This document shows, piece by piece, positions 63,263 to 64,000 of a DNA stretch of 64,000 bases (position 1 is the stretch's first letter; each line of letters opens with the position of its first letter). Below the pieces are notes generated by a model. That model saw nothing but the letters and a program-made list of their open reading frames with translations, was not told where the DNA came from and did no database searches. The stretch spans positions 17,028,477-17,092,476 of the forward strand of contig OU015568.1 of the NCBI GenBank assembly GCA_907165135.1, written 5' to 3'. The translations under genes were made by a program, and so were the position numbers. This DNA comes from Oikopleura dioica. Its lineage: Eukaryota > Animalia > Chordata.

Positions 63263-64000
63263 AGAAAAATGTTCTCAATTGAAAATTTTCTAGCGCGAAA
63301 AGTGATTCCGTATAACTTATACCAATAAATTACTTCACATATTCAGTAAAAACGCAGTGTGAAGCAGGCATAATGTGACTTTACAGTTTTTTATGAACTG
63401 TCAGACTCTGTAATTGGCTGATACGAAGAACGCTGATCTGGGTTCAATGACCTGTGTAGAATACCTGAGTCAGGGAAGCAAAAGAACTTTCACTGACCCA
63501 TTGAACTCAGAGTTGAAAATGTACAGTAGTAGGGTAGTAGCATAGTAATGTAGTAAATAACTAGGGCCGATATATATAGTTATTTTAAATAATAAAATAG
63601 TCTATATTTAACTAGATCGTAATACTACATTACTACATTCGATTTTTGAGATTGATCTATTTTGAGAACGTGGCCTTTTCTCGCTCATTTTTTTTCAAAA
63701 GAGACGTTTAATTTTTTTTGATGATAGCTACGTCTCTTTTCTGGGTTCTAAATACCCCGAGCCTTCCTCCGGAGAAGCCCTTCACTTATTCGCTGCCTAT
63801 CAACGATGGGTTCCGATTCTATCAGATCTCGCAAAAGAAAAGGAACGGGTCGATCTTCTTTTCAAACAGACGCCTTCGAATTTAAATATTTGAACTGAAA
63901 ACTCGCAGCGATCCCAAAAAACAGCTCTTCGCAGATTTTTTGCTGGATGATCCGCTAAACCAAAATCCGGAGAAAATTGAAGATCCAGAGCCCCGCCGAA

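Overview
Eukaryotic, intron-dense animal DNA. The very short introns, many GA-AG introns, operon-like gene spacing and gene set suggest a larvacean tunicate (Oikopleura-like); this is an inference. From left to right: (1) an intact Tc1/mariner-superfamily transposase ORF with an unusual DD55D spacing and a long N-terminal extension; (2) a roughly 10.5-kb block with strong A-skew on the + strand, containing a ~1,000-aa charged coiled-coil gene, a decayed NFS1/IscS cysteine-desulfurase relic, an intact RTEL1-type Fe-S helicase and degenerate duplications; (3) a ~3,100-aa secreted cysteine-rich repeat gene whose giant exon is interrupted by three nested DNA transposon derivatives (9-bp TSD Mutator/foldback-like > TTAA element > 8-bp TSD hAT MITE), which could in principle be spliced out in frame; (4) an unknown gene hit by further MITEs and a poly-T expansion; (5) a 552-bp palindrome and several MITEs; (6) wee1; (7) a gene-poor ~12-kb stretch; (8) a galactose-3-O-sulfotransferase-like gene; (9) myosin VIIa with about 7 GA-AG introns among ~20, and two identical tRNA-Asp(GTC) genes inside two of its introns. 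Exon boundaries were inferred by hand from reading frame and remembered family motifs; no searches were run.
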